A stretch of 64,000 bases of DNA, taken from the NCBI RefSeq assembly GCF_963921235.1, contig NC_086109.1, forward strand, positions 27,096,001 to 27,160,000, given 5' to 3'. The translations under genes and the position numbers were made by a program. Below the pieces are notes generated by a model, which saw only the letters and a program-made list of their open reading frames with translations, made no database searches and was not told the DNA's origin. Positions 26,660 to 39,264 of this stretch are shown piece by piece (the stretch's first letter is position 1; the number at the start of each line of letters is the position of its first letter). Source of the DNA: Mobula hypostoma (Eukaryota).

Positions 26660-29155
26660 GATTTCAGATTCAGGTTGCGAGTGAAGTTCCCCTTTAAGAA
26701 AATGGAAGCGTGGAAGATGAGTTTGTCTGCAGGTACAATTGAAATGTAGAGGCCTTAGACCCCTACTCCCGACTATTCTACTGACAAATGTACAGTCTTT
26801 GTAAAATAAAAATTGAAGATCTCAGTGCAAGATTGCAGTACCACAGGGACATCAGGGACTGCTGTGTACTTTGCTTCATGGAAATGTGGCTCCCTTCCAC
26901 CATTTTGAACATGGTACTGCAGCCCAATGCCTTCATCATTCTCTGCAGAAAGAGGACAGCTCAGTCTTTTATAAGTAGAGAAGATGGAATATGCTTTATA
27001 ATTAACTCATGATGGCTGTCCCAACTTGAAATGTCTAGCAGTCAAATATTATCCATTTTAACTGCGAGAGAGTTCTCCACCATCATTCTGGTTGTGGTGT
27101 ACATTCCACTTCAGGCCAATGTCAGGAAGAGCTGAGAACCCTGATCAGCAGTCATGAAACAGCGCATCTGGATGCTTTCCCTATTGTTGTTGGTGATTTC
27201 AACCAGGCCAGGTTGAAGTTCCTGAACAAATAATAACATCATATCACCTGTGGAACCAGAGGAGCCAACACACTTGGCCACTGTTATACAACCATTAAGA
27301 ACGCTTCCTGTGCCATCCCATGCCCACATTTTGGAAAGCTTGGTCACCTGGTGGTACTTCTACTTCCAGTGTATAGGCACAGACTAAAAACTGCAGCTCC
27401 AATGGTGAGAACCAAGAAGATATGGTCAAGGAAGGTAAAGGAGTGCTTACAGGACTGCTTTGAGTCAATGGACTGGCATATATTCAGGGATTCATCTTTG
27501 AATCAGAGTGAATACAGCTCAGTTGTCTCCAACTTTATCAAGACCTATGTGGATTGGCGTGCATCTTCAAAAACATACCAAAACCGAAAACTACAGATGA
27601 ACCAGCAGATTCGTAGTCTTCTGCAGACTAGATCTGTGGCATTCAAGATCATTAATCCAAAACTATACAGGAGTATCAACGAGAGAAGGCTATTTTAAGA
27701 GTGCAAAAAAAATCCTGATTGAAGCTAGTGATGGAACTGGATGTTTGAAGTTCGTGATGGAATTGGATGTTTGAAGCCAGTGATGGAATTGGATGTTTGA
27801 AGCTAGTGATGCAATTGGATTTTTGAAGCCAGTGATGGAATTGGATGTTTGAAGCTAGTGATGGAGTTGGATTTTTGAAGTCAGTGATGGAATTGGATGC
27901 ATGTCAACTCTGGCAGGGTTTACAGACCATTACTTCCCACAAGGCCAAACCTAGCAACATGAATGACTGTGAGGCTTCACTCCCAGATGAGCTCAACACC
28001 TTTTATGCATGCTTTGAAAGAGACAATAAAACTACAGCAGCCCTGCATTATCTGGTGACCCTGTGATCTCTGTCTTGGAGGACGCTGGCAGAACACATTT
28101 CCAGAGGATGAACACTGGCAAGGCGTCAGGCCCTAACTGTGAACCTGGTAAGACTCTAAAAACCTATGCCTACCAACTGGTAGAAGTGTTCAAGAACAAC
28201 TTCAGTCTCTCACTGCTGTAGTCGAAAGTTGCCAGCTGTGACAATCATATTAGTGGCCAAACAGAGCAGGGTGAGCTGCCCCAATGACTACTGACAAGTT
28301 GCACTCACATCTACTGTGATGAAATGCTTTTAGAGTTTGGTCATAGACAGAATCAACTCCTGCCTGGATTCCACTGCAATTTCCCCATTGCCACAATAGG
28401 TCTACAGCAGATCTCACTGGCTCTGTGGCCAGCTTGGATCACCTGGACAACCGCAACACCCATGTCAGACTGCTGCTTACTGATTACAGCACAGTGTTCA
28501 ACACAATCATGACATGTCAAGTTTATTGTCATTTAACTATATACGGTACATGTACACCATCAATCGAGACAATGTCTCTCCAAACCAAGATGTAAAGCAC
28601 AGTAGTACACATAACACACATATAATACACAATAACTTAGGAAAGTAAGAATAAAATCTACAAATGAATTATGCATAAATGCGTACATAAATTAAATACT
28701 GTAGGGTACAGAACAAATTAATCGGTGACACTTTTAATGAGATGCAGCAGGGAGTTCAGAAGCTCAATGGCCTGAGGGAAGGAACTGTTTCCCATCCTGA
28801 CTATTCTTATCTTTATGCATTGGAATCTCCTGGCTGATGGCAGAAAGTCAAAGAGGATGCTGGCTGGATGGGTGGGATCCTTGATAATATTAGGGGCCCA
28901 GCGTACCCTCAGTTCTAATCAACAAGTTACAAATCCCTGCCATGAGGCTTCTTAATGGATAATGAACCCAGGAACACTTCCTCACTATTTTTTGCCTACT
29001 CTTTGTACTACTTACTTAATTTAATTTTTATATGTATTTCTTATTGTAATTAATTTTTAGAAATTATAATGCATTGCAATGTGCTGCTCCCACAGAACAA
29101 CAAATTTCATGACGTATGCCAGTGATATTAAACCTGATTTTAATTCTGATTCTGA
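26660..29155 (+). mobile_element. Rex1/Babar LINE, decayed, APE to partial RT to tail, with internal minisatellite and a nested antisense Rex fragment (~28510-28900)
   Basis: LPTILLTNVQSL.NKIEDL..DCCVLCFMEMWL (APE), LQDCFESMDW, LPDELNTFYACFE; FNTI..PSVLINKL is split by the insert; GATTCT tail. Confidence 0.85.
27718..27900 (+). repeat. 26-bp minisatellite, 7 copies
   Basis: Unit TTTGAAGCTAGTGATGGAATTGGATG; GAAG recurs at 27721, 27747, 27773, 27799, 27825, 27851 and 27877. Confidence 0.92.
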
Positions 29156-30219
29156 ACTCTGATCTTACAGCTGGTGTAAAACACTACAGGAACCACTGTG
29201 CAACAGTACTGCCCTATGATGGTACAAGTAAAAAGGAGACTGTGTAGTGTAACAATCAAAGGTAATCATTGTTTTGCCTCACTCCTTAAATCTTTCAACC
29301 TGACTTAGTCAAATGATTTTGGAAACGACGTAGCTAATAAGTTAGCCAGCAGTTAATAGTCAACTTGTGAAAAAGAATAGCTCGAGCAGAGAATCAACAG
29401 AAGATAACTAGTGTCTCTTTGCTGTATCAACTACATCTTGGTAACAGAATTTGAGTGAGCCAACAGCTCCCTCAGTAATAATATTAATAGGAAATGTTTT
29501 CAAATACAAAAATAACAAGTTCTTTTTGAGCTCAAACATTATGGGTTGAACTCAGAATAGCATTCATAGTCTCATCACATCTTAATAGATCATTTTTCAT
29601 TTGAGCTGCTCAGTGATTATCCATGAAATGATCATAGTATTTCTCTGCTTTCTGCAATCTCCTTTTGTAGCAAAATGAACTCTCTGATGATTTCAACTCT
29701 ATATTCAATTCAGTTTAATATCCTCCTGTTTTGTTCAAGTTGTTTTTGAAAAAGCACATCAATCATTTCCCTGCTTTGGTCCTCACAAAACACTCACTAT
29801 CAGTCTTCTCAGCCTTGATCACAAGAACAGTGAAACAATTCTATTGTTTGAGGAAGATGTACTGATGGACTGATTATCTATTTTATTTCAATCAGCAAGT
29901 ATTTTCCCAGAATTATCAGAATGAATCTGTCCTTTTATTTGTCTTCACACAACATTTAAGCCAGCAATGGGTTTTCGAGCAGGAGTTATGCTATGATTCC
30001 CTTTTAAAATACAGAAATGCAAAATCATTCCAACTGATTGAATTGCAAATATATGGTTTATTATTTTAATGCAATTATCCAGGATAGGGTGGGCCTTTAT
30101 CTTGCAGCAACATCAAAGTCAAATGGTAAAATGTCTTAAGCTTTGCACTCAGCGGCAAAAGAGCTGCATTAATGATGTATCCCTCTGCCGTTGCTCATCA
30201 GCTTCATGTCAACCAGCAA

Positions 30220-31055
30220 CAGGTACAGTTTGGAGATCATGCCACACTTGCAGTATAGCATGCAGTCTTGGTTACACTGTTATAGGAAAGGCACATTAAA
30301 CCGGGAAGAGAGCAAGGGCCATTTACGAGTATGTTGCCGGCTCCAGAACCTGAGTTATAGAGGGAGGCTGGTCAGGCTAGAATTTTATTCTTTGGAGCCT
30401 TGTACATTGAGGGGGTGAACTAATCGAGATGTAAAAATTATGAAGGGGAAAGAGAAGGTAATGGGGATTAAAAACAAGAGGGTATTGGGTTAAGGGAAGA
30501 GGGGAACGATTCAAAAAGGTGATGGGCAACTTCACGCATGGCATGGTCTGTATATGGAATGAACACCTTGAGAAAATGGTTGGGGCAGGTAAAATAACAA
30601 CATTTTAGGACATTTAAGCAGGCATGGTACTGTGCAAAAGTCTTAGGTTTATATATATAGCTTGTGTGCCTAAGACTTGCACAGTATTGTAGTAATTTTA
30701 TGTATTGCACTGTACTGCTGCTACAAAAATGAACAGATTTCACCACATATTTCTCTGCCATCTGTCCCACACCCCACCCGCGGTGCTCCACTCTCACTAC
30801 TCAGCTTTTGCTCCCGCCAGATTTAAAAACTCGTTCTCCACTCTACGTTGACAAATCCAATAGTGTGCAAAATGCTTGAGCACCCTAGCTCTGTATATAT
30901 ACGTTCCTTTATCATAGTCCTGTTCATGGTTAGGACGGATTTAGATAGATATGGGCTAAATGCAGGGAAATGGGACCATTAAGATGGGTGCCTTCATCAG
31001 CATGGACTAGTCAGGTAAAGGGCCTGTTTCTGTACTGTATTAATATCTATGGCTC
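30220..31055 (+). mobile_element. Degenerate CR1 3' fragment carrying a short palindromic Tc1-type MITE (~30626-30692)
   Basis: LQNLSYRGRLVRLEFYSLE; TACTGTGCAAAAGTCTTAGG...CCTAAGACTTGCACAGTA inverted repeat. Confidence 0.6.
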
Positions 31056-33444
31056 TTCACAGGCACAAAGAATGCTTCTTTCACCAATCAATTTGAAGAA
31101 TTCTCAGTGAGACATTTGAGGATCTATATTAATGCATAAGTTTAGGAATATGTTGGAGGTGTTATTTATGCCTGCAGGTTTTGAATCTGTACTAAGTTCT
31201 GAAGGTGCTGCATATGTTGCTTAAGATTGGATACTAGTGTTTGGAAACTGCCTAGAGAATTTCCATTAAAAATAATTCTCTCTGTTCTAGACAGCCCAAG
31301 CTGAAATCATGCCCATTACAGTTCTATTCACATCAATGCATCTGATACTGTGTAGTGTCTGGCTTACATCCAATAATGTACCCATTTGTCACAGTCCATT
31401 TCCTCACGAAGTTTAATAGGTGAAACCTACCCACCATCATGAGACAGTTGCAGTACAACAAGGAACATATATTGAACAGTTTATGGTTATATTATTGAGT
31501 ACTCCAATGACATTTACCATCTTGACCGGATATGTTTAAATTTCCAATAATATTAGATTTTGATGTAACATTTTTTGGTGTCTGAGAAGTTCTATTTGTC
31601 TTAAATTTAGATATTTAAGTAATAACGTTTGGCATTATATTGAAAGTACCAAATCTAACTTGCTCTGGTCTCTTCAACTTTCAGCCAAGCACCATGTGTA
31701 AACTTACCACGGTCAATAGATTTAAGTACTGATTCTATTAACAAGATCTCAGTAGCATGATTTGTGCAGATGCAGGGTAAATCAGACAGCAAATAATGGT
31801 TTTCCATGTTTTATTACACATAGTCAGACTCTGGAAATAGCTGTCTGATTTACTACATAATAATACTGAGAGATGTTAGCCTGACTACTTTAAGTATCAC
31901 AAAATCCATTGCTATGATGTAGGAATCTTCTTGAATTGTATATTATGAAATATTTTGTAATATCAATGGAGAAAGTATAGAAATTGTTTTACATCAAACT
32001 CCAAACTAATAACTATCTGCCTGGATGCTTTTTGTGTATTGCCATCTGTGAATGTGGATGTAACATTGTAAGATATATTATGGAAACAGGTCCTTCGACC
32101 TATCAGGTCTGAACCAACTATCAATTACTTATTTTGATAGTAATGCTGTTCCAATTCATTTCTCCACCCTGCCCCCGTACCCATTAACACCATCACCACC
32201 ACCTTCTAAATGCATTGTATGAACAAGGAAAAGATGTGCAGGTTTCTCAGCTTAATTTAGCTATTGGTTTTGGTATGTAATGCTTCTTGTCTTTGGTAGG
32301 TGGCAGAATAGCACTAAAATAGGCTTTGAATTAATTACAAAAGAAATTTACCAAAGAAAGTTTGATTATTAAAATAACATTCGTGCACAGTTGTTAAAAT
32401 TGCCCTGCGCTGCAATAAGTCAATGTTCCTACATGGTAGTTCTTTCCCTTTTGCCCTTAATTATGACAGAAGGCTTTGCCTTTCTAATATTACAGATCTA
32501 GTGTGGGCAAATGGGGTTAGTGCATTTTGGATAAAAGGGTGAGCACAGATGGGGTTAGTCAAAGGGCCTACTTCTGTATTATACAATTTAATGAGTCCAT
32601 AAAATTCAGTTAGAGGGAATTGTGGCTCATTGTTAATTGGAAGTAGGGTGAGCAGTGTACTCTCAGAGCATAGTTGAGAAAGCAGATTGTCAAACAAAAA
32701 ACATGTTGTCCATGGTAAAGTCATAATCCATTGTATGTTCGTGCATGATATTGCCAGTAACGTAGCATATCGCATGAAGTCCAAAGATAAATGGTTTGTG
32801 CCAGGGGAAAAAAAAAGCTTTTAAAAGGCTTGCAGGAAGGAGAAGTTGGATGAAAAAGGATATTGCATTGCAATCAAATCAACTAAAATGGATTTCAGTG
32901 AGGCTTTTACTGTGGACAGTCATTGAAGGATTAGACAGTGAATGAACAATGGTAACAAGAAAACTATCAATGTGAATTTGGGAGCTTGAAATAGCAATTG
33001 AAGATGACTTCAAAGAAGAATTTCTTTTCAAATATACGTGTATGAATTAGGGATTAAGAAGGTGAATATGGAGAGAAAAGGAGTTCAGAGGAATACCTCT
33101 GGCAGTTTATTAATGATCAAGTCCATGGAAGTAGAGAGGCAGCAGGAAGTGGCATTGAATGTATGTGGAATTAATAGAGCGATAACGTTTTAAAGCTGAC
33201 AAGCTGACAGTAAATTCAAAGGGGAGAAGGTCAGTAGGGCAGCGATGAAGACTGAAATTGCTACAGCTGTGAAACTGTTCAGCAAAAGATCTGTGGTACA
33301 GTATATTATAACAGGTTTCCAAATAATGACAAATACCTATGACAGCCTCCTGCATCTTTCTTTGAAGTATTTTTAAAGCCAGGACATTATGTTCCTCCAA
33401 ATTTCCAAGCATTTCTAGCTTCAGGTTGTCTTCATATTTAGTCT

Positions 33445-34290
33445 GTATCAGAATCAGAATCAAGCATAATACATATGTGATTGAATTTGTTGTTTTGCAG
33501 CAGCAGTATAATGCAAAATATAAAAAAACAATAAATTACAATAACAATTATATATATATATACTGTATGAGTGTGTATATATACACTCATAGAGTATATA
33601 TATAATTTTTATTGTAATTTATTGTATTATATATATAAATAATTAGAATAAATTTACCAAATTCTAAGAAAGTTTGATTGCTTAAAAAAAACAATTTTTG
33701 CACAGTTATTAAAATTGCCCGGTGCTGCATTACCCCTAGGGACCCCTCACCTCCACACCTTCTGTAGTGACTTACAGGTCTGCAAGGTGCAAGGGGCCTG
33801 GACCCTCTTCGACAACAGCTACTTGTTTGTTCAGGTCACCAACGTGGAGGTCATCCAGACCTCCAGTGCCATGGCAGTCAGCAAAGCTGGGTGCAAGAAT
33901 CCGCAGGACGCTGCTAGCACTTGGGCCTAGCCTGAGGCCGCTGGGAGCAGTGGTCAACATCGGGAACTGTCTGAGCTCTGCCCCGCCACCCACCGCGGTG
34001 CGGGAAGCCAGGGTCTGGGTCCTGGTGGTACTGGTTCGGTATGGGTCTTGGGCTGGACTCCTCGCGCTCACGCTACACCTGCCCATAAAAACCTTCGGAT
34101 GAGGGTGACAGGAACAAGATATGTAGTGCAAAAAGAGAGCAAAAGGAACTATTTATTGGTTGATTCATTGTCCATTCAGTAATCTGATGCCAGAGGATGA
34201 AGCTGTTCTTAAATCATTGAGTGTGTGTCTTCATGTTCCTGTATCCCTTCCCTGATGGTAGCAATGAGGAGTGGGCATATTGTAGGTGAG
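33445..34290 (-). mobile_element. Rex1/Babar 3' remnant split by a ~470-bp foreign insert (33650-34120)
   Basis: (AGAATC)n tail and 3' UTR at 33445-33650; Rex sequence resumes at GTAGTGCAAAAAGAGAGC..GAAGCTGTTC..CCTGATGGTAGCAATGAG. Confidence 0.7.
33739..33885 (+). pseudogene. Gene fragment of the repulsive guidance molecule (RGMA/RGMB/HJV/RGMD) family, vWD-like domain starting at the GDPH autocleavage site
   Basis: Translates [49 protein letters not shown], gapless against the recalled RGM motif GDPHLRTFxxxFQTCKVxGAWPLIDNNYLxVQVTNxPVxxGSxATATxK. Paralog not assignable by eye. Confidence 0.88.
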
Positions 34291-34569
34291 AGTGGTGGAT
34301 GTGGGCATATACACATTCATTGCAATTTCCTCATTAAGCATATTGATTGGCTTCTCAAACAATCCAGGAAATTTAGCAAGCATGATAATCTCATTTCTAA
34401 TCTCTGGCCATTTAGTTAAGTGGTTTGGAATTATTTCTATAAACCCTGTTTGAAAGTTGATACCATGCTGCTCTTCAACGTGTAAAGGAGCATCAAAATA
34501 AAACTAGTTTTGAATTTCACTATTGTGTGTCTCAGAAGTGGACCTTTGTCAGGATCCTGTTATTTTGAA

Positions 34570-34870
34570 TCCCACTCGAAAGCTCAAAACTCTAGCAGAC
34601 ATTCCAAAGTAGTGCACCATTGTAGGGAATAGTTTTTTGTATATCTTAGGTGGATATAAAAGATCTAATGCTATATTTCATAGAGAAATAAAGACATTTT
34701 TCCCGAGACTTAACTAATATTAATCCTTCAGTCAACATCACTAAAAATAATTTTGGCCATTTTCATAAGATTTGGAGAGACTATTACTTAATTAATGAAA
34801 CACCAATGATTGCACTGTAAATGTTTTCAGTAACTATAATTAAATTTGAGGTATCAAAAATAATTTAAAG
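34570..34870 (+). mobile_element. Ancient Deu-SINE (SacSINE1/AmnSINE-like) remnant
   Basis: GGATATAAAAGATC..AATATTAATCCTTCAGTCAACATCACTAAAA resembles the recalled Deu domain. Confidence 0.55.
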
Positions 34871-35164
34871 TCCTGGGTAAATACTAGAACTGTTTATTTT
34901 AATGATGTAACATGAGTACAGAATTGTTTCTGGACTTGGATTACTAATGTGAAGACACTGGTTTGAATCCTGCTATGACATTGACAAATTTACATTCAGG
35001 CAATGAAATAAATCTGGAAGTAAAGGGTAAGTTTGGTAATGATAAACATGAAACTACAAGATTGCCCCAAAAATCAATCTGGTTCACATTTGATTTTCAA
35101 GGAATGAAAGCTGTCATTCTTACCAGTCTGGTTAATACAGTATATAACTAGACAGATCAACAAT

Positions 35165-37525
35165 GTATTGGAAAGTATTCTAAGAGACAGGATACATAAA
35201 TATTTGGTTGGGCAGGGCCTGATTAGAGATAGTCAACCCGGCTTTGTACTTCATGTCTAACCAATCTTATAGAGTTTTTTTGAGGAGGTTACCAGGAGGG
35301 TTAATGAAGGAAAGGCAGTGGTTGCTGCCAACATGGACGTTAGCAAGACATTTGACAAAGTCATGTATGGGAGCCTAGTCCAGAAGGTTAAATCACTTAG
35401 CGTTCTGGATGAAGTGATAAATTAGATCTAGCATTGGCTTCACAGGTGAAGACAGAGAGTGGTGGTAGAACGTTGTCTCACTGAGTTTCTAGTTGTGAGC
35501 TGCAGGGATTGGCACTAGGTCCATTGCGATTATAATGTGGTAAACTGAATCAGTGCATTTGCAATGACACCAAGTAGAGGGGCATAGGGGGCAGTGAGGA
35601 AGACTATCGAAGCTTGCAGCATGATCTGGACCAGCTGGGAAAGTGGGCTAAAAGTGCCAGATAGAATTTAATGCAGATAAGTGTGAGGTGTGGGACTTTG
35701 GGAGGACAAACCAGGGTAGGACTTACACAATGAATGGTACCACACTGAGGTATGCGGAAAAACAAGGGGATCTGGAAATACGCATCCATAATTCCTTGAA
35801 AGTAGAGTCACAGATAGATAGGGTCATAAAACGAGCTTTTGGTATAGTGACTTTCATAAATCAGAGCATTGAGTACAGAGTTGAGATGCAATGTTGAAGT
35901 TGTATAAGACATTGGCAAAGTCGAGTTTAGAGTGCGCAGTTCTGATCACTTACCTACAGGAAAGTTATCAATAAACACAAGAGACTCTGTAGATGCTGGA
36001 AATCTGGAGCAACACACACTAAACTCTGGAGGAACTCAGCAGGTCAGGCAGCATCTATGGAAATGAATAAACAGTCTACTTTTTGGGCCATGACCCTTCT
36101 TTGGGACTGGAAGGAAAGGGACAAATTATCAGAATAAATAGGTGGGGGAGGGGAAGGAGGATTAGCTAGAATGTGATAGGTGAAGACAGGTGGCTGGGAA
36201 AGATGGGCTAGAGAAGAAGGAATCTGATAGGAGTAAAGAGTGGACCATGGGATAAAGGAAAAAAGGAAGGGCACTGGGGGAATTTGATAGGCAGGAGACG
36301 AGAAAAGGTAAGAGGACAGAGTGGGAAATAGTAGAAGAGGGAAGGGGAAGGAAAAACGCCATTAGGAGACATCATGTGGGAGGCTACACTAGATGGAACA
36401 TGTGGTGTTTCTCATCCACTCTGAGAAAGGCCTCATTGTGGCAAAAGAGAAAACTATGGACCTACATGTTGGAACAAGAATGGGGACAGGAAATTAAATT
36501 ATATAAAGCAATATATAAAGAGTAAAAGAGAGCCGAATGTAGAAATTGGACAGCTGGAAAATGATCCTAGAGAGGTAGTAATGGGGCAAAAAGAAATGGT
36601 GAAAGAACTGAATAGTCATTTTGCATCAGTCTTCACTGTAGAGAACACTAGCAGAATGCCAGAAGTTTAAGAGTATCAGGGGGCAGAAGGGGGTGAAGTT
36701 GTCATTACTAAAGAGTAGGAAGATGGGGTCAGTGCAGATGTCTGGGAAATGAAGGGGTTGGGGGTGAGGGCATCATCAATGGTGGAGGAAGGGAAACCTT
36801 GTTCCTTGAAGGAGACATCTCTGATGTCCTGGAAAGGAAAGCTTCAACCTTGGGACAGATGTGGTGGAGAAAAGGAAGTAGCATTTTTACAGGAGACAGG
36901 GCGGGAAGAGGTATGGTCAAGATAGCCATGAGAATTGGTAGATTTATAAAGGTATCAGTAGACAGATAGATCAAGAAAGTGAAGAGAGGTGTCAGAAATA
37001 GACCAAGTGAATTTAAGGGCAGGATGGAAGTTGGAGACAAAGTTGATGAAATTAATAAGCTCAGCAAGGGTGCATGAAGCTGCAGCAATGCAGAAGACAA
37101 TTTACTGAAAGAGGCAGAGAAAATTTACAAGGGTGTTGCTGGCACTTAATGACCTTAAGTATAGGGAAATGTTGAATAGGTTAAGACTTTATTCTGTGGA
37201 GTGTAGAAGATTGAGGTGTACAAAATTATGACGAGGCGTATAGATAGGGTAAATACATATATGTTTTTTCTCATGAGGCTAGGTGAGACTAGAACCAGTT
37301 TAGGGTGAAAGGTGGCATACTTCAAGAAAACTTGATGGGAACCAAGTGTGGAATGACCTGCCTGTGGAAGTGGTAGATAAATATTCAATTGCAACATTTA
37401 GGAGAGGTTTGTAGAGTTACCTGGAGGGAGGGATATGGAGAGCTGTGGCCTGGATGTGATTGTATGCATTAGGCAGGAAAATAGGTCAGCTTAGATAGAA
37501 GGGACAAAGTGCCTGTTTCTGCCTC
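35165..37525 (+). mobile_element. Decayed CR1 pieces interleaved with two antisense Penelope-like fragments (~35976-36495, ~36715-37100)
   Basis: CR1 motifs (DVSKTFDKV, DLDQLGKWA, WDFGRTNQGR); PLE end TGCTGGAAATC..GGAGGAACTCAGCAGGTCAGGCAGCATC and minus-strand FVSNFHPALKFTWSISD. Confidence 0.72.
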
Positions 37526-39264
37526 TTCTGGCACCAATTTCACTTGAAATTAAGTGATCAGCGATATAAATAAATAAATTTTCCACTCTCCCAATTTTCT
37601 GAGATTTCAGCATCATTCTGGGGTTCCTTTGTAGAATTAGTTGAGCAACTAATTATGATAGATCTATGCCTTTCAAAACAATGGCTTGATTTTACTTGTG
37701 AAAGAAATGGTTAAATTCATACTGCAATTTGAGAAGGAGAAGTATAAGTCACATGGAATAAAGGGAATTGTGGAGGCATGAGAAAGGAGCTTGCCAGGTG
37801 GAGTGGAGGGGGATACTGGCAGGGATGATGGCAGAGCAGAGGTGGCTGAAGTTTCTGGGAATAGTTCACAAGGCACAGGATAGATATGTCCAACAGAAGA
37901 AGTTGTTTTTAAGTGGTAGGGGTAAGCAACCGTGGCTGACAAGGGAAGTTAAGGACTGCATAAACACCAAGGAAAGGGCATATAATGTAGCAACAGTGAT
38001 TGGGAAGTTTTTAAAATCCAGCAAAAGGCAATTGAAAAGTGATAAAAAGGGAAAAGTATAAATATGAGGGCAAACTAGCCAATAATATAAAGCAGGTTAC
38101 TAGAAGATTTTTTTCAGTTAAAGAATAAAAGGGAGGTGAGAGTTGATATTGGACTACTAGAAAATGATGCTAGTGAGGTGTAGCAATGGGGGACAAAGAC
38201 ATGGGGGATGAACTTAATGAGTACTTTGCATCAGTCTTCACTGTTGAAGACACTAGCAGTGTGCCGGAGGTCTGTGAGAGTCAGGGAGCAGGAGAAAATT
38301 GCATTGCTATTACAACGGAAAAAGTGCCAGGCAAACTGAAAGGCCTTAAGTTGGATAAGTCACCTGGACCAGATGGAGACATTATTCAGTCAGAGGGTGG
38401 TAAATCTGTGGAATTTGTTGCCACGAGCGGCTGTGGAGGCTAAGTCATTGGGTGCATTTAAGGCAGAGATAGATAGGTTCTTGATTTTCCAGGGCATCAA
38501 AGGGTATGGGGAGAAGGCAGTGGAGTGGCGATGACTGGAAGAATTGGATCAGCCCATGATTGAGTGGCGGAGCAGACTCGATAGGCCGAATGGCCTATTT
38601 CTGCTCCTGTATCTTATGGTCTTATGACTACATCCCAGAGTTCTGAAAGAGGTTGCTGAAGAGATAGCAGATGCATTAGTTATGATCTTTCAAGAATCAC
38701 TTGATTCTGGCATGGTTCTGGAGGACTGGAAAATTGCAAGGGTCATTCCACTGTTTAAGAAGGGAGGAAGACAAAAGAAAGGAAATTATTGGCCAGTTAG
38801 CCTAACCTCGGTGGTTGGGAAAGTAATGCAGTTAAGGATGGTTTTCGGGGTACATGGAGACTAATGATAATATAAGTCAAAGTCAGCATAGCTTCTGTAA
38901 AGGGAAATCCTGCCTGACAAATTTGTTAAGAGTACTTCAAGGAAGCTACAAGCAGGGTGGACAAAGGCGAGGCAGTGGATGTCAATTACTTGGATTTTCA
39001 GAAGGCATTTGATAAGGTGCCACACATGCAGCTGCTTAACATGATAAAATCCTATGGCATTAGAGGAAAGAGACTGACATGGATAGAGGAATGGCTGTCA
39101 GGAAGGAGGTAGCCAGTGGGAATAAAGGGGAGCTTTTCTAGTTGTCTGCCAGTGACTAGTGGTGTTCTTCAGGGGTCAGTATTGGGACTGCTACTTTTCA
39201 CATTGCTTGTCAGTGATTTAGATAGTGGAATTGAAGGTTTTGTTGCAAAGTTTGCAGATGATAT

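Noticed and set aside
27718..27900. CRISPR-like array
   Set aside because: Units are contiguous with no unique spacers, there are no cas genes, and the context is a eukaryotic LINE.
33715..33930. Complete functional RGM gene
   Set aside because: No signal peptide, N-terminal domain or downstream exon; GDPH is disrupted and the ORF starts at TTG.
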